Positions 46,360 to 59,815 of a DNA stretch of 64,000 bases are shown here, piece by piece (position 1 is the first letter of the stretch; each line of letters opens with the position of its first letter). The notes beneath the pieces were generated by a model that was not told where the DNA came from, searched no databases, and worked only from the letters and a program-made list of their open reading frames with translations. The position numbers and the translations under genes were made by a program. This stretch comes from a bacterium (GTDB lineage Bacteria > Patescibacteriota > CPR2 > UBA1875 > JAJYID01), in assembly GCA_030647205.1 (NCBI GenBank), contig JAUSJO010000005.1, forward strand, positions 138,523 to 202,522, read 5' to 3'.

Positions 46360-46662
46360 ATGATTTTAGTTTACATAACAAACCCCACAAAAGAAGAGGC
46401 GAAAAAGATAGCGGAGCATTTAATCGAAAAGAAGCTAATCGCCTGTGCTAATATTTTTCCGATGGAGAGCCTTTGTATGTGGGAAGGCAAACTAGCCGAT
46501 GAAGAAGAATTTGTTCTTTTGGGAAAAACTAAAGAAGAAAATTATAAGAAGATTGCAGATGAGGTAGAAAAGATACACTCTTATGATGTTCCGTGTATTC
46601 TGAAAATCTCAATGGAAGCAAACGGGAAATATCAGAACTGGCTGGAATCCGAGCTGAGTTAG
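46360..46662 (+). CDS. cutA: Divalent-cation tolerance protein CutA
   Basis: 100 aa from MILVYITNPTKEEAKKIA. A CutA1-like pattern with a conserved C-terminal half. Confidence 0.7.
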   Translation: MILVYITNPTKEEAKKIAEHLIEKKLIACANIFPMESLCMWEGKLADEEEFVLLGKTKEENYKKIADEVEKIHSYDVPCILKISMEANGKYQNWLESELS

Positions 46663-46751
46663 CGCCGAGTTCTCAAAAAAGTATTGTCAGAAATAGTCTT
46701 TTGTGATATAGTATTTATCGACATTATTCAATCGACCCATGGGAGGGACAC

Positions 46752-47342
46752 ATGCGTTTTCCGGGTTTTAACCTGTACAAGGAAATGGGTGTCCCACAGG
46801 GGGCATCGAATGATGAGATTAAGAGGACATACAGACAGCTCGTAAAGAAGTACCATCCCGATGTAAACAATACGGTTGACGGCGAGGAACGTTTCAAGAG
46901 GATATCGACTGCCTATGAGATACTTGGCAACTCAGAGAAAAGATCTGCGTATGATTCTTTTTTGATAATGAGTGGGGGAGTTTCTCCAAATTACTCACCG
47001 CGGACAACACAATCACGACCGATGCCATTTAGTTTTAATCTCGAGGAGCTAGAGGAGCTCCTTGAGAAAATGTGTCGTGATAAGTTTGGGGATAACTGGC
47101 GGGAGGAGCTTAAAAAACAAGGAGTAGACCCGGAAGATATACCTCGGGAGCCTCGCACTTCTAGTAGCAGGACATCCACTGATGAACCTACTGCTAACAG
47201 AACTGCTTATCGTAGCGGATTTCCTCGTAGTAAAGCTACCCCCAGCAAGGTCAAGTACTATAGGTATCCGAGGGTTAGTATGCCTCCAGGTTTGTACCTT
47301 ATAGCTGTGGCCCTAATCCTCCTGTACCTCTATCAGTCGTAA
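46752..47342 (+). CDS. J-domain (DnaJ-like) protein with a C-terminal membrane anchor
   Basis: J domain NLYKEMGV...YRQLVKKYHPDVN (HPD motif), a Pro/Ser-rich linker, and a terminal hydrophobic helix. Confidence 0.7.
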   Translation: MRFPGFNLYKEMGVPQGASNDEIKRTYRQLVKKYHPDVNNTVDGEERFKRISTAYEILGNSEKRSAYDSFLIMSGGVSPNYSPRTTQSRPMPFSFNLEELEELLEKMCRDKFGDNWREELKKQGVDPEDIPREPRTSSSRTSTDEPTANRTAYRSGFPRSKATPSKVKYYRYPRVSMPPGLYLIAVALILLYLYQS

Positions 47343-47351
47343 GACAAAAAA

Positions 47352-47421
47352 GCTGGCTCAAAAAGCCAGCCGGACGAAAGTCCCAGAGCCCCGCTTTAGT
47401 TAAGCGGGGCTTTATTTTTTA
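47352..47421 (+). terminator. Tandem hairpin terminator
   Basis: gctggct caaaaa gccagc, then agccccgct ttagtt aagcggggct plus tttatttttt. Confidence 0.7.
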
Positions 47422-47429
47422 AAAAACTG

Positions 47430-47459
47430 TTGACAGTTTTTGCCAAAAAGAGTATATTG
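47430..47459 (+). promoter_or_regulatory. Promoter upstream of rpoB
   Basis: ttgaca, 18 nt, tatatt. Confidence 0.5.
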
Positions 47460-47591
47460 TTTTTTACAGTCTTTATTTATACGAAAAGGGAATAAATTGA
47501 CCAAGACTAATTCCCAACAATAATGGAAAAAAAGAAAACTCCTACTCGAAGAGAGAAGTTGATTTAATTTATTTAAGGAGCAAGTGTTTTT

Positions 47592-50500
47592 ATGTCAAAA
47601 AACGATTCTTCGCCCGCGCTGAAACAAAGGAAGTATTTTAACAAAACTCAGGAGGTATTGCCTTTACCGGACCTTTTAGAGATTCAAGCAAGAAGCTATA
47701 AATGGTTTGTCAAAGAGGGTATAGCCGAAATCTTTGAAGAACTTTCCCCGATAGAGGATTTTACAAAACAAAATTTGGAACTATCTTTTAAAGACTACTA
47801 TTTAGAAGAAGAGAAACATTCAGAAAAGACCGCCAAAGAAAAGAAGATGACCTATGAAGCTCCTATTAGGGTCAATGTAGAGCTTAAAAATAAAATTACA
47901 GGGAAAACCAAGTCTCAAGAGATATTCTTGGGTGACCTTCCCCTTATGACAGATAGAGGCACTTTTATTATCAATGGTGTCGAAAGAGTAATAATCAGTC
48001 AGCTTATGCGCTCCCCGGGTGCGTTTTTTACTAATGAAATAAATGCCGGCCGGAAGCTTTTCGGGGCAAAAATGATACCGGTATATGGCGCTTGGCTTGA
48101 GATGGAGACATCTTTGCAAGATGTCATTTACGTAAAAATAGATCGAAAGAGAAAATTCCCGGTAACAACATTGCTTAGGGCATTTGGGTATGACAGTGAT
48201 GAAGATATAAAGAAAGCATTTTCTTCTATCAACACAGATAAAGAACATGACTATATAGGCGCAACACTTGAGAAAGACCCGTCTTCAAACAGACAAGAAG
48301 CATACATTGAAACATATAAAAGAATTCGTCCTGGTGACTTAGCAACTGCAGACAACTCGAAATCTTTAATTGATGGGATGTTTTTTGATCATAGAAAATA
48401 TGATCTTTCCAAGGTCGGCCGATATAAAATCAACCAGAGATTAGGATTAAATCTTCCGGAAACAAGAGAAAATAGAATTTTCAGACTAGAAGATTTAGTA
48501 GAAGTTATAAAAGAAATTATCAAGCTCAACAACGAACAGGGTGAGGCAGATGATATAGACCATCTTGGAAACAGGCGCTTAAGAACTATGGGTGAGCTTT
48601 TGCAACAGAGATTTAGAGTCGGGATGCTTCGAACTGAGAGAATTATCAAAGACAGAATGAGTACAAATGAACCTGAAACTGTTACGCCGAGTCAACTTGT
48701 AAATGTTCGACCGGTTGTTGCGGCTATCAAAGAGTTTTTTGCCTCATCCCAGCTTTCTCAGTTTATGGATCAGACAAATCCGCTAGCTGAACTTGCAAAC
48801 AAAAGAAGATTATCAGCTCTTGGGCCCGGAGGTTTAACCCGTGAAAGAGCCGGCTTTGAAGTTCGTGACGTTCACAGAACTCATTATGGAAGAATTTGTC
48901 CTATTGAAACCCCTGAAGGTCCAAATATCGGACTTGTAAACGCACTTGCATCATATGCGTCAGTAAATGAATATGGATTTTTAGAAGCACCATATAGAAA
49001 AGTGCTTAAAGAAGTTAAAAATGACGGTAAGTCTGCGATTGGCGAAATAGCAAATGACACATACAAAGATGGCAGCAAAAAAATAGTCGCAATTGGAGAA
49101 GAAATTAAAGCACCGGCCGCAAAAGCACTAATGAAGGTTGACGCGAAAACTATCAAGGTAAAGCCAAAAGTAACAAAAGAAATAGTTTATCTTGATGCTC
49201 TGGAAGAAGATAAGTCAGTTATTGCTCAGGCAAAGGTAAAGATGGACGAAAAAGGATATTTTACCGATAGAATAATGTCTGTCAGACGAAATATGGAAGC
49301 TGATGAAGCAACGGCAGATGAGATCGATTATGTAGACGTTTCGAGTAAACAGGCGGTCAGTGTTTCGACAGCCCTTATACCATTTTTAGAGCATGACGCG
49401 GCAAACCGTGCACTTATGGGTGCAAACATGCAGCGTCAGGCAGTCTCGCTTGTAAAACCGGAGTCACCTGTTGTAGGAACCGGTGTAGAAGCTAACGCAG
49501 CTGAAGCTTCCGGCCAGACAATTAGGGCTAAGGCAAGCGGTGAAGTGACTTCAGCGACCTCAGATTCCGTCACAATAAAGTATGCCGGCGGAAAAGAAGA
49601 AATTTATGTATTAGAGAAATTTAGAATGTCCAACCAGGGAACTTGTATCAACCAGAAGACGGTTGTTGAAAAAGGCCAGAAAGTTAACAAGGGTGACCTT
49701 ATTATCGATGGTACGGCTACTCAAGATGGAGAAATCGCTTTAGGCCAAAATGTTCTTGTCGCTTATATGAACTGGCAGGGTGGTAACTATGAAGATGCCA
49801 TCATTATTTCAGAAAGGCTTGTTCAGGATGATAGATACACCTCAATCCATTTGGAAGAGTTCCCCATAGATATCCGTGATACAAAACTTGGCCCAGAAGT
49901 GATAACCCGTGATATTCCAAACGTTGGAGAAGAAGCTCTAAGAGATTTGGATGAAGACGGTATTATTAGAGTCGGTGCTGAAGTAACATCAGGCGATATC
50001 TTGGTTGGTAAGATTACAGCAAAGGGCGAAACAGAGCTTACTGCAGAAGAAAGACTGCTTCGGGCAATCTTTGGTGAGAAAGCCAGAGATGTAAAAGATT
50101 CCTCGCTAAAACTTCCGCCAAGAGGTCACGGAAAAGTTACAGATATTCGGATTAAATCCAGAGATAAAGGTGACGAGCTACCGGTTGGAGTTATAAAACA
50201 AGTATTTGTGACTGTCGCGCAGATGAGAAAAGTTTCCGTTGGAGACAAAATGGCAGGACGCCATGGTAACAAGGGTGTTATTGCCAAAATTCTTCCTGTA
50301 GAGGACTTACCTCATTTGGAAGATGGCACGCCGGTTGATATTGTTTTAAATCCGCTCGGTGTTATCTCTCGTTTGAATATCGGTCAGGTTTTGGAAACCC
50401 ATCTTGGATGGGCGGCAAAAGCGCTTGGTTATAAGGTTGCATCGCCGGTTTTTGAAGGAGTTAAGATTGAGAAAATAGAAGAAGAACTCGGGAAAGCCGG

Positions 50501-51083
50501 ACTTCCAAAGAGTGGAACCGTAAGACTTTATGATGGACGAACCGGTGAACAGTTTGACCACGAAACTACAGTTGGTATTAACTACATGTTAAAACTTTTA
50601 CACTTAGTTGACGATAAGGTTCATGCACGTTCTATCGGACCATACGCTATGGTTACACAGCAGCCGCTTGGAGGAAAAGCTCAAAATGGTGGACAGAGAT
50701 TTGGTGAGATGGAAGTTTGGGCGCTTGAAGCTTATGGCGCAGCGCATACATTGCAAGAAATGCTTACTGTTAAGTCAGATGATGTTATCGGCAGAAGCAA
50801 GGTTTATGAGTCAACCATTAAAGGTGAAGAGATAAAAGAACCGGGCATACCTGAGTCATTCAATGTTTTGACTAAAGAGCTTCAAGGATTGGGGCTTAAT
50901 GTAGAACTTCTGCAGAAAGACTCTCATGATAGGATCAAAAAAGAAGTAGATGCTGAAGAAGTTATTGAAAGCGAATATGAAGAAGATATAGAAGAACTGA
51001 AGGACGCAAAGATAATAGAAGGAAAAGGCGTTGATCTTCCTGAAGTAGACGTAACTTCAGACGCAGAGACAGAAGAAGAATAA
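47592..51083 (+). CDS. rpoB: DNA-directed RNA polymerase beta subunit
   Basis: 1163 aa with conserved beta-subunit blocks throughout ([18 protein letters not shown] etc.). Confidence 0.97.
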   Translation: MSKNDSSPALKQRKYFNKTQEVLPLPDLLEIQARSYKWFVKEGIAEIFEELSPIEDFTKQNLELSFKDYYLEEEKHSEKTAKEKKMTYEAPIRVNVELKNKITGKTKSQEIFLGDLPLMTDRGTFIINGVERVIISQLMRSPGAFFTNEINAGRKLFGAKMIPVYGAWLEMETSLQDVIYVKIDRKRKFPVTTLLRAFGYDSDEDIKKAFSSINTDKEHDYIGATLEKDPSSNRQEAYIETYKRIRPGDLATADNSKSLIDGMFFDHRKYDLSKVGRYKINQRLGLNLPETRENRIFRLEDLVEVIKEIIKLNNEQGEADDIDHLGNRRLRTMGELLQQRFRVGMLRTERIIKDRMSTNEPETVTPSQLVNVRPVVAAIKEFFASSQLSQFMDQTNPLAELANKRRLSALGPGGLTRERAGFEVRDVHRTHYGRICPIETPEGPNIGLVNALASYASVNEYGFLEAPYRKVLKEVKNDGKSAIGEIANDTYKDGSKKIVAIGEEIKAPAAKALMKVDAKTIKVKPKVTKEIVYLDALEEDKSVIAQAKVKMDEKGYFTDRIMSVRRNMEADEATADEIDYVDVSSKQAVSVSTALIPFLEHDAANRALMGANMQRQAVSLVKPESPVVGTGVEANAAEASGQTIRAKASGEVTSATSDSVTIKYAGGKEEIYVLEKFRMSNQGTCINQKTVVEKGQKVNKGDLIIDGTATQDGEIALGQNVLVAYMNWQGGNYEDAIIISERLVQDDRYTSIHLEEFPIDIRDTKLGPEVITRDIPNVGEEALRDLDEDGIIRVGAEVTSGDILVGKITAKGETELTAEERLLRAIFGEKARDVKDSSLKLPPRGHGKVTDIRIKSRDKGDELPVGVIKQVFVTVAQMRKVSVGDKMAGRHGNKGVIAKILPVEDLPHLEDGTPVDIVLNPLGVISRLNIGQVLETHLGWAAKALGYKVASPVFEGVKIEKIEEELGKAGLPKSGTVRLYDGRTGEQFDHETTVGINYMLKLLHLVDDKVHARSIGPYAMVTQQPLGGKAQNGGQRFGEMEVWALEAYGAAHTLQEMLTVKSDDVIGRSKVYESTIKGEEIKEPGIPESFNVLTKELQGLGLNVELLQKDSHDRIKKEVDAEEVIESEYEEDIEELKDAKIIEGKGVDLPEVDVTSDAETEEE

Positions 51084-51129
51084 ATTTATAGATTATTTAA
51101 GTAGATAACTTGAATGTAAGGAAAACCAA

Positions 51130-54100
51130 ATGATAAAGACTGACGATAAAAATCAAATATTCAACGCCGTAAAGATTTCCGTGGCTTCACCGGAGCAGAT
51201 TTTAAAATGGTCTCATGGAGAAGTGACAAAACCGGAAACTATAAACTACAGAACTCAGAAACCGGAAAAAGACGGTCTTTTCTGCGAGAAGATTTTCGGT
51301 CCGACAAAAGACTGGGAATGCTACTGCGGAAAATATAAAAAGATCAGATACAAGGGCATCATCTGTGACAAGTGTGGTGTTGAAGTCACAAGAAGCTTGG
51401 TCCGAAGAGAAAGAATGGGTCATATCAAACTTGCTGTTCCCGTTGCTCACATTTGGTTTTTGAAAGGTATCCCAAGTTCAGTTGGTCTCCTTCTTGAAAT
51501 AGGGGTTAAGGATCTTGAAAGAATAGTCTACTTCGCAAACTACGTAGTCACTGAAGTGGATGAGAGCGCAAAGAAGGGAATGATAGCTTCACTCGATGAT
51601 GAGCTAAAATCAAAAAAGAAAGTTATTCTCTCAGATGAAAAAGATGCAAAAGTGGCACAAAAAGAAATAGAAGATCTTGAGAACTCCAGAAACTCAGCTA
51701 AAAAAGAGATTGAAGAACTGAAAGAGAAAACTATCCTTACGGAGATGAAATACCGTGAATATTCTATGAAATACGGTCATCTTTTCAAGGCCGGTATCGG
51801 AGCTGAAGCAGTTTTGGAATTACTCAAAAAAATTGACATTGATAAACTTGTAAAAGAGTTGAGAGCTGAAGTTGACTCTGCTCATGGTCAGAAAAGAAAG
51901 AAATCTCTAAAGAGGTTGAAATGGGCTGAAGGATTTAAAATGGCCGGCCTCAAACCTGAGTGGATGATCTTTAGTGCGCTTCCTGTCATACCGCCGGATC
52001 TTCGTCCGATGGTTCAACTTGATGGTGGAAGGTTTGCCGCAAGTGACTTAAATGACCTTTATCGAAGGGTTATTAACCGAAACAATCGTTTAAAGAAACT
52101 TCTAGCTATGGATGCACCTGGCGTTATCTGCAGAAATGAAAAAAGAATGCTTCAGGAAGCAGTTGACTCTTTGATTGATTCAAGTTCAAAAAGAGAAAAA
52201 GTTTCTCAAGGTGCCGGGCAGAAGAAAAAACTTAGATCTTTGGCTGATATGTTAAAAGGGAAACACGGTCGTTTCAGACAGAACCTTCTTGGTAAACGTG
52301 TTGACTACTCCGGTCGTTCAGTAATCGTTGTCGGGCCTGACCTAAAGCTTCATCAGTGCGGTCTTCCAAAGATGATGGCTCTTGAACTTTTCAAACCTTT
52401 TGTAATCAGTAAGCTTATAATCGGCGGATTTGCTCATAATATTAAGAATGCTTCCAAGATGATAGAAATGGGAACAAGCGAAGTTTGGGACGCACTTGAT
52501 GAGATTATTAAGAACAAGTATGTTCTTTTAAACCGTGCACCGACCCTTCACCGTTTGGGTATTCAAGCATTCCAACCGGTTCTAATTGAGGGTAAAGCTA
52601 TCCAGATACATCCTTTAGTTTGTACGGCTTTCAACGCCGACTTTGACGGAGACCAAATGGCGGTTCATGTTCCTCTTTCGGCAAAAGCTCAGGAAGAAGC
52701 ACGGGATATCATGCTTTCTACGAAAAACATTCTAAAACCTGCAGCTGGTGAGCCCGTGATGAATCCGAGCCAAGATATTGTTTTGGGATGTTACTTCATG
52801 ACTTCTATCCGTGAAGGAGAAAAAGGCGAAGGCAAAATATTCGCTGATAATGACGAGGCTGTCTATGCATATCAAATGGGAGAAGTTGGACTGCTTGCTA
52901 AGATAAAAGTGAAAATCAATGGCGATGTATACGAAACAAGCGTTGGCCGTTTGAAGTTCAACGACATAATGCCAAAGGGTACTCCTTTTATCAACGAAGT
53001 GTTGAACAAAAAGAGGCTAGGAGAGATCATCAAGTCTGTGTTTGACGGCTTTGGTCAGGAAGAAACAGCAAAACTTGTAAACAACATTAAAGATGTAGGT
53101 TTCCACTTCGCGACTTTATCCGGCATATCCTTTGCCATGGGAGATCTTCAGACACCTAAAGCTAAAGCAGCGATTATCCTTGAGGCTGAGGAAAGAGTTG
53201 ATAAACTTAGTACGATGGCAGCTCAGGGTCTGATTACTGAAAATGAAAAATATGTAAAAAGTTTGGATCTTTGGGATAAAACTAAGACAAAAATCCAAGA
53301 AGAAATGATGAACGAAATAGACAAAAGCAGTCCTTTGTATATGATGATGGACTCCGGTGCCAGAGGTGAGGTCGGTCAGCTTACTCAGCTTTCAGGAATG
53401 AAGGGAAATGTGGTAAACGCAACCGGTAGAACTATTGAACTGCCTATTAAATCCAACTATAAAGAAGGATTTGACTCACTTGAATACTTCATCTCTACGC
53501 ATGGTGCTAGAAAAGGTCTTTCTGATACGGCTATCAAAACTGCAGATGCAGGGTATCTAACAAGAAGACTTGTTGATGTCTCACAAGATGTGATTGTTAC
53601 CGAGCAAGACTGTAAAGATACTGAAGGGATGGTTATATCAAGAGAGGAGAGCCAGGAAATTGGTGAGGACTTCTCAGCTAGAATTATCGGACGTGTGCTG
53701 GCTGAAAATGCAGTAAACACAAAAACCGGTGAAATAGTTGTCAAGAAAGGTGCGCTCGTAACGGAAGATGATTTTAGCAAAATTGAAGAAGCAGATATCA
53801 ATGAGTTAAAAATCCGTTCTATTCTAACATGTAAAGTTCACTGGGGAGTTTGCCAAAAGTGCTATGGTACAGATCTGGCAAGAGGCGGAATCATAAAAAT
53901 GGGTGAAGCTATCGGTATTATTGCAGCTCAAAGTATTGGTGAGCCGGGCACACAGCTTACTATGAGAACTTTCAAATCAGGTGGTGTTGCCGGAGCTGAT
54001 ATTACTCAAGGTTTGCCTCGAGTTGAGGAAATCTTTGAGGCTAGACCTCCAAAAGGTCAGGCATTCTTGGCCGAGATTGCAGGGAAAGTAGCTGTGACTA

Positions 54101-54867
54101 CCGAAGGTAACAATAAAGTTGTCAGGGTTGCATCTATGGTTCTTGAAAAAGATGAGTATGAGATGCAAGGATGTGAAATTATCGCAAAGCACAACAGCGT
54201 TGTCGAGGCTAAAGACGTGATTGCTAAAAATGCCAAAGGCAAAGCCATCAGAGCTAAAAATAGCGGTATTATCAAGATCTCAAAAGATAAAAACACGATG
54301 GATATAGTTAAGGAAGCTGAAGTCAAAGAGTATACAGTGCCGAAGAATGTTGGAGTTTTGGTACAAGATGGAGAAGAGGTCGTACTTGGCCAGCAGCTCA
54401 CAGAAGGTTCTTGGAATCTTCAAGATGCGCTTGCTCTCTTGGGTGAAAATGCAGTACAGAGATATATCACCACAGAAGTTCAACAGATTTATGCTTCACA
54501 AGGGCAGACTATCAATGATAAGCACATCGAGGTTATCATTAGACAGATGTTCTCAAGGCTTAAAGTGGAAGAACCCGGCGATACAACATTTGTTTCAGGA
54601 AACATAGTGTCACGTACAAGCTTCTTGGTAGAGAACAAAAGAGTCAAGAAACAAGGCGGCAAGATTGCAACAGCAACAAACCTTCTGCTTTCTATCACAA
54701 AAGTTTCACTTTCAACCGACAGCTTCCTTTCTGCAGCTTCATTTATGGAGACAAACAGAATTCTAATAGATGCTGCTACAAAGGGTAAAGTTGACAACCT
54801 TCGTGGTCTTAAAGAAAATGTAATTATCGGTAAACTTGTACCGGTAGGAACAGGATTCAAGGGGTAG
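51130..54867 (+). CDS. rpoC: DNA-directed RNA polymerase beta-prime subunit
   Basis: 1245 aa. Zn-binding CxxC...CxxC N-terminus and NADFDGD catalytic motif. Confidence 0.97.
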   Translation: MIKTDDKNQIFNAVKISVASPEQILKWSHGEVTKPETINYRTQKPEKDGLFCEKIFGPTKDWECYCGKYKKIRYKGIICDKCGVEVTRSLVRRERMGHIKLAVPVAHIWFLKGIPSSVGLLLEIGVKDLERIVYFANYVVTEVDESAKKGMIASLDDELKSKKKVILSDEKDAKVAQKEIEDLENSRNSAKKEIEELKEKTILTEMKYREYSMKYGHLFKAGIGAEAVLELLKKIDIDKLVKELRAEVDSAHGQKRKKSLKRLKWAEGFKMAGLKPEWMIFSALPVIPPDLRPMVQLDGGRFAASDLNDLYRRVINRNNRLKKLLAMDAPGVICRNEKRMLQEAVDSLIDSSSKREKVSQGAGQKKKLRSLADMLKGKHGRFRQNLLGKRVDYSGRSVIVVGPDLKLHQCGLPKMMALELFKPFVISKLIIGGFAHNIKNASKMIEMGTSEVWDALDEIIKNKYVLLNRAPTLHRLGIQAFQPVLIEGKAIQIHPLVCTAFNADFDGDQMAVHVPLSAKAQEEARDIMLSTKNILKPAAGEPVMNPSQDIVLGCYFMTSIREGEKGEGKIFADNDEAVYAYQMGEVGLLAKIKVKINGDVYETSVGRLKFNDIMPKGTPFINEVLNKKRLGEIIKSVFDGFGQEETAKLVNNIKDVGFHFATLSGISFAMGDLQTPKAKAAIILEAEERVDKLSTMAAQGLITENEKYVKSLDLWDKTKTKIQEEMMNEIDKSSPLYMMMDSGARGEVGQLTQLSGMKGNVVNATGRTIELPIKSNYKEGFDSLEYFISTHGARKGLSDTAIKTADAGYLTRRLVDVSQDVIVTEQDCKDTEGMVISREESQEIGEDFSARIIGRVLAENAVNTKTGEIVVKKGALVTEDDFSKIEEADINELKIRSILTCKVHWGVCQKCYGTDLARGGIIKMGEAIGIIAAQSIGEPGTQLTMRTFKSGGVAGADITQGLPRVEEIFEARPPKGQAFLAEIAGKVAVTTEGNNKVVRVASMVLEKDEYEMQGCEIIAKHNSVVEAKDVIAKNAKGKAIRAKNSGIIKISKDKNTMDIVKEAEVKEYTVPKNVGVLVQDGEEVVLGQQLTEGSWNLQDALALLGENAVQRYITTEVQQIYASQGQTINDKHIEVIIRQMFSRLKVEEPGDTTFVSGNIVSRTSFLVENKRVKKQGGKIATATNLLLSITKVSLSTDSFLSAASFMETNRILIDAATKGKVDNLRGLKENVIIGKLVPVGTGFKG

Positions 54868-54944
54868 TAAAAGAGAAAGCATTGATTTTTCACCTCCAAA
54901 ATGATAAAATCAGAAAGTTGCAAATAAATTAAAGAAAATAAAAA

Positions 54945-55352
54945 ATGCCAACAATAAACCAGTTAGTTAAAAACCCAAGAAAGAGTAAGATTAGAAAGAC
55001 AAAGTCACCAGCTTTGGCTAGATCTTATAATGCCCTGAAGTCAAGGAACGTGAACGCGAACTCTCCACAAAAAAGAGGGGTTTGTATCAAAGTTTCTACG
55101 ACTACACCAAAAAAGCCAAACTCAGCTCTTCGAAAGATCGCAAGAGTAAGGCTCACTAACGGTATGGAAGTCACAGCTTATATTCCGGGGATTGGTCACA
55201 ATCTTCAGGAGCATAGTGTGGTTATGATTCGTGGCGGCAGAGTAAAAGACTTACCTGGTGTCAGATATCATATTGTTCGAGGGGCGCTGGATACTGCCGG
55301 GGTTCAGAACAGAAAACAAGGCAGAAGTAAGTATGGTGCCAAGAAAAGTTAA
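54945..55352 (+). CDS. rpsL: Ribosomal protein S12 (with a roughly 13-aa N-proximal insertion)
   Basis: [10 protein letters not shown] and [10 protein letters not shown]...[14 protein letters not shown] motifs. 135 aa versus about 124 aa typically. Confidence 0.95.
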   Translation: MPTINQLVKNPRKSKIRKTKSPALARSYNALKSRNVNANSPQKRGVCIKVSTTTPKKPNSALRKIARVRLTNGMEVTAYIPGIGHNLQEHSVVMIRGGRVKDLPGVRYHIVRGALDTAGVQNRKQGRSKYGAKKS

Positions 55353-55365
55353 TTAGGAATTTAAA

Positions 55366-55842
55366 ATGCCAAGAGATCCAAGAAAAGTAGAGAAGAGAAT
55401 TATAGAGCCTGATGCACGTTATAACAGTGTATTGGTTTCGCAGTTTATAAACAAAACTATGTTAAATGGTAAAAAATCTGTTTCGACAAAGCTAGTTTAT
55501 GGAGCATTCGATATTATGCAGGAAACATTGAAGACTGATCCTTTGGAAGTTTTTGAAACTGCCATAAAAAATGTATCGCCTCAAGTTCAGATTAAATCAA
55601 GAAGAATCGGTGGCGCCACATATCAAGTCCCGATCGAAGTTAAAGGAAACAGAAAAACCCACTATGCATTTGCATGGATCAGAGATGCCGCACGGGCTCG
55701 CAAAGGCAAGCCATACGATAAATGTTTGGCTGAGGAAATCATGGATGCATATAACGCAACAGGAACTGCAATAAAGAAAAAAGAAGATACTCACAGGATG
55801 GCCGAAGCGAACAAAGCATTTGCTCACTTCGCCAGATACTAG
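55366..55842 (+). CDS. rpsG: Ribosomal protein S7
   Basis: Conserved S7 sequence ([10 protein letters not shown]...[10 protein letters not shown]). Confidence 0.95.
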   Translation: MPRDPRKVEKRIIEPDARYNSVLVSQFINKTMLNGKKSVSTKLVYGAFDIMQETLKTDPLEVFETAIKNVSPQVQIKSRRIGGATYQVPIEVKGNRKTHYAFAWIRDAARARKGKPYDKCLAEEIMDAYNATGTAIKKKEDTHRMAEANKAFAHFARY

Positions 55843-55928
55843 TTTAAAGTCATGAGACCCGTTAACTAGGAATTGGAGAGTTAATAAAATTCGTAGACTA
55901 ATTTGATTTTATAAGAAAGGGAAATATC

Positions 55929-58016
55929 GTGCCAAGGAAATATTCACTGGAGAAAATGAGAAATATCGGGATTATCGCCCACATTGACGCAGGGAAAACC
56001 ACTGTTACTGAGGGTATTTTGTATACCACTGGCCGAACCCACAAAATCGGTGAAGTTCACGAAGGTGAAGCGACTATGGACTGGATGGAGCAGGAAAAAG
56101 AACGTGGTATTACTATTACCTCTGCTGCCACAACTTGTTTCTGGAGAGATCATAACATAAACATTATTGATACTCCGGGCCATGTAGACTTTACGGTTGA
56201 GGTTGAGAGATCTCTGCGTGTTCTAGACGGCGCGGTTGTTATTTTTGATGGAAAAATGGGTGTAGAACCTCAGAGTGAAACTGTTTGGAGGCAAGCCGAT
56301 AAATACAACGTTCCGAGAATTTGCTTCATTAACAAGATCAATCAAACTGGTGGTGATTTCTATAAAAGTCTTGATTCTATTAAAGAGAGATTAAACAGAA
56401 ACGCTTATCCGGTTCAGCTCCCAATCGGTTTTGAACAGGCGATAAACGGTATCATCGATCTTGTAACCATGAAAGCTTACTCATACAAAGACTATACCGA
56501 CAAGACACTCACAGAGATAGAAGTGCCGGCAGACATGAAAGAGAAATGCGATAAATACAGAGAAGAGCTTCTCGAGAAAGTTGTCGAAGCAGATGATGCG
56601 CTAATGGAGAAATACCTTGGCGGAGAAGAGCTAACAGAAAAAGAGTTTATTCTAGCTATAAGAAAGAGTGTTTTGGCGGGAGGATTTTTCCCGGTATTCG
56701 GTGGAGACGGAAGAGGTGTTATCGTTCGATCTCTCCTCGATGCAGTTGTTGACTATTTGCCATCACCGCTCGAAGTTCCTCAAGCGCAAGGTGAAGATCC
56801 AAAGACCGGTGAAAAGATAGAAATTCAGTCAAACGACGAAGAGCCGTTAGCTGCTTTAGTTTTCAAAATTGCTACAGATCCATTTGTTGGTAAGCTTGCA
56901 TTTTTCCGTGTTTATAGAGGCAAACTTACAAGTGGAAGTTATGTCTATAACTCAATAACGAATTCAAAAGAAAGAATCGGCCGAATCCTAAAGATGCATG
57001 CAAACTCCCGTGAAGAAGTGAAGGAAGTTTATGCCGGCGAAATCGCTGCTGCAGTTGGCCTAAAGGGGACAACGACAGGTGATACTATTTGTGATGTTGC
57101 AAAACCGGTAATCCTTGAAAGAATTACATTCCCAGAGCCTGTTATCCAGGTTGCTATCGAGCCAAAGACAAAAGCAGACCAAGAGAAAATGGGTATCGCA
57201 TTATCCAGGCTTGGTGAGGAAGACCCAACCTTTAGGATTAAAACTAACGAAGAAACCGGTCAGACTTTGATTGAAGGTATGGGCGAGCTTCATCTTGAAA
57301 TTATCGTTGATAGGATGAAACGTGAGTTCAAGGTTGAGGCAAATGTTGGTAAGCCCCAAGTTGCATACAAAGAAACTATTAAATCAACTGCGAAGGTTGA
57401 AGGTAAATTCATCCGTCAGTCAGGTGGTAGGGGTCAGTATGGTCATGTTTGGCTTGAACTTGAACCGCTTGAGAGTGGTACAGGATTTGAGTTCGTAAAC
57501 AAGATTGTTGGTGGTTCCATTCCAAAAGAGTATATCAACCCGGTTGAAAATGGTGTGAAAGAAGCGATGACAAATGGTGTTGTCGCCGGATATCCGGTAG
57601 TTGATATGAAAGTAACTCTTTATGATGGTTCTTTCCACGAAGTTGACTCATCTGAAATGGCGTTTAAAATCGCCGGTTCTATGGCTCTTCAAGAAGGTGT
57701 TCGAAAAGCAACTCCTATTATTCTCGAACCTATTATGAAGATAGAAGTTATCACTCCGGAAGACTTTATGGGTGATGTCATGGGTGACATCAACTCCAAA
57801 CGCGGAAGAATTCAGAAAATGGAAGACAAATTCGGTTCAAAAGTCATCGATGCTCATGTACCGCTTGCCGAGATGTTCGGTTATGCTACAACTCTTCGTT
57901 CAATGTCACAGGGGAGAGCTTCATACTCAATGGAATTTGACCATTATGAAGAAGTACCTGGGAATGTTGCTGAGGAGATTAAGTCGAAAAGGGGCAAAGC
58001 AACACCAGAAAGCTAA
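55929..58016 (+). CDS. fusA: Elongation factor G
   Basis: G domain [17 protein letters not shown], and NKID. 695 aa. GTG start. Confidence 0.95.
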   Translation: MPRKYSLEKMRNIGIIAHIDAGKTTVTEGILYTTGRTHKIGEVHEGEATMDWMEQEKERGITITSAATTCFWRDHNINIIDTPGHVDFTVEVERSLRVLDGAVVIFDGKMGVEPQSETVWRQADKYNVPRICFINKINQTGGDFYKSLDSIKERLNRNAYPVQLPIGFEQAINGIIDLVTMKAYSYKDYTDKTLTEIEVPADMKEKCDKYREELLEKVVEADDALMEKYLGGEELTEKEFILAIRKSVLAGGFFPVFGGDGRGVIVRSLLDAVVDYLPSPLEVPQAQGEDPKTGEKIEIQSNDEEPLAALVFKIATDPFVGKLAFFRVYRGKLTSGSYVYNSITNSKERIGRILKMHANSREEVKEVYAGEIAAAVGLKGTTTGDTICDVAKPVILERITFPEPVIQVAIEPKTKADQEKMGIALSRLGEEDPTFRIKTNEETGQTLIEGMGELHLEIIVDRMKREFKVEANVGKPQVAYKETIKSTAKVEGKFIRQSGGRGQYGHVWLELEPLESGTGFEFVNKIVGGSIPKEYINPVENGVKEAMTNGVVAGYPVVDMKVTLYDGSFHEVDSSEMAFKIAGSMALQEGVRKATPIILEPIMKIEVITPEDFMGDVMGDINSKRGRIQKMEDKFGSKVIDAHVPLAEMFGYATTLRSMSQGRASYSMEFDHYEEVPGNVAEEIKSKRGKATPES

Positions 58017-58123
58017 AAAGCCACTTGCAAATAAATCTAAATTCAAGTAAAATAGTTCGGTAACAAAAAATTTAAAATCTAAAAAAATAAACACAGCCAA
58101 AGGCTAAAAAAAGGAGAAGAAAT

Positions 58124-59305
58124 ATGGCAGAAAAATTTGACAGAACAAAACCGCATATCAATGTAGGTACCATCGGACACGTTGATCATGGTAAAACTAC
58201 TTTGACAGCAGCAATAACTTCAGTTCTTGCTAAAGAAGGTAAAGCAGAGGCAAGAAAGTTTGATCAGATAGACAATGCCCCAGAAGAAAGAGATCGTGGT
58301 ATTACTATCGCGACTTCTCATGTTGAGTATGAAACAGACAAAAGGCACTATGCTCACGTTGACTGTCCTGGACATGCTGACTATGTAAAGAACATGATTA
58401 CCGGTGCCGCTCAGATGGACGGAGCTATTTTGGTAGTTTCAGCTGCTGACGGACCAATGCCACAAACCAGAGAGCACATCTTGCTCGCAAGACAGGTTGG
58501 TGTTCCTTATATCGTTGTTTTCATGAACAAAACTGATCAGGTTGATGACGCTGACATGCTTGATCTTGTTGAAGAGGAAATCAGAGAACTTCTTACAAAA
58601 TATGAATTCCCTGGAAAAGACACACCTATCATCAGAGGTTCAGCACTTAAGGCGCTTGAAGGTGATGCAGACGCAGAAAAGGCAATTGGCGAACTTATGG
58701 ACGCTCTTGACTCATACATCCCTGAACCAAAAAGAGACATCGACAAACCTTTCCTAATGCCTGTTGAAGACGTTTTCTCTATCAAAGGAAGAGGAACTGT
58801 TGCAACCGGTAGAATCGAAAGAGGTTCAGTAAAAGTTGGTGACGAAATAGAAATCGTTGGTATTAAACCAACCAAGAAAACAGTTGTTACAGGTATTGAA
58901 ATGTTCAAGAAATCACTTGACTCTGGTCAAGCTGGTGACAATGCCGGTGTACTTCTTCGAGGTATTGAAAAGACTGGTATTGAAAGAGGACAAGTCTTGG
59001 CGAAACCAGGAACTATCACACCTCATACAGAGTTTGAAGCTGAAGCATACATTTTAAACAAAGAAGAGGGCGGACGACACACACCATTCTTCAAGGGATA
59101 TAAACCTCAGTTCTACATCAGAACAACTGACGTTACAGGTGAGGTAATCCTTCCTGATAAGGTAGAGATGGTTATGCCTGGTGACAAAATCGACATGAAC
59201 GTTAAACTTATCCAACCGGTTGCTTGCGAAGAAGGTTTGAGATTCGCTATCCGTGAGGGTGGACGAACAGTTGGTGCAGGAGTTGTTACAAAAATTACAA
59301 AATAA
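58124..59305 (+). CDS. tuf: Elongation factor Tu
   Basis: [18 protein letters not shown], and NKTD. 393 aa. Confidence 0.97.
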   Translation: MAEKFDRTKPHINVGTIGHVDHGKTTLTAAITSVLAKEGKAEARKFDQIDNAPEERDRGITIATSHVEYETDKRHYAHVDCPGHADYVKNMITGAAQMDGAILVVSAADGPMPQTREHILLARQVGVPYIVVFMNKTDQVDDADMLDLVEEEIRELLTKYEFPGKDTPIIRGSALKALEGDADAEKAIGELMDALDSYIPEPKRDIDKPFLMPVEDVFSIKGRGTVATGRIERGSVKVGDEIEIVGIKPTKKTVVTGIEMFKKSLDSGQAGDNAGVLLRGIEKTGIERGQVLAKPGTITPHTEFEAEAYILNKEEGGRHTPFFKGYKPQFYIRTTDVTGEVILPDKVEMVMPGDKIDMNVKLIQPVACEEGLRFAIREGGRTVGAGVVTKITK

Positions 59306-59331
59306 ACTAACAGATAAAGCACATTAAAAAC

Positions 59332-59652
59332 ATGGCAGAAGAAAAACCAAAGCAAAGAATACGAATCAAGCTAAAATCATACGACCACAAGCTAATCGAT
59401 CAGTCGGCAAAGCAGATTATAGAAACGGCTGAGAGAAGCGGTGCGAATGTGTGCGGGCCCATCCCGCTTCCTACAGAGCGAAAGTCAATGACGGTTATCC
59501 GTGCATCAAACATCGACAAAAACTCAAGGGAGCAGTTTGAGATGAGAACACACAAGAGATTGATTGATATTACAGAGCCGACTCCAAAGACGATTGATAC
59601 TCTTATGGAGCTTTCACTGCCATCGTGTGTGAACATCGAAATCAAAATGTAG
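59332..59652 (+). CDS. rpsJ: Ribosomal protein S10
   Basis: [25 protein letters not shown]...GPIPLPT is canonical S10. Confidence 0.95.
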   Translation: MAEEKPKQRIRIKLKSYDHKLIDQSAKQIIETAERSGANVCGPIPLPTERKSMTVIRASNIDKNSREQFEMRTHKRLIDITEPTPKTIDTLMELSLPSCVNIEIKM

Positions 59653-59673
59653 TTAGATCCAACTTATAAAATA

Positions 59674-59705
59674 AAGAACCCACAGAAATGTGGGTTCTTT
59701 TGTGC
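59674..59705 (+). terminator. Intrinsic terminator immediately after rpsJ
   Basis: aagaacccaca gaaa tgtgggttctt ttgtg. Confidence 0.7.
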
Positions 59706-59726
59706 TTAGGAAATACAAGAAAACCA

Positions 59727-59755
59727 TTGACAAAATATATAACTTATGATAGAAT
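59727..59755 (+). promoter_or_regulatory. Consensus promoter of the inserted 59816 gene
   Basis: ttgaca, 17 nt, tagaat, then the leader hairpin ggttatc aaaag ggtaacc and RBS aggagg. Confidence 0.55.
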
Positions 59756-59815
59756 ATCACATTCGGTTATCAAAAGGGTAACCGTGTTCGTCAAAATCGA
59801 CAATAGGAGGTTGCT

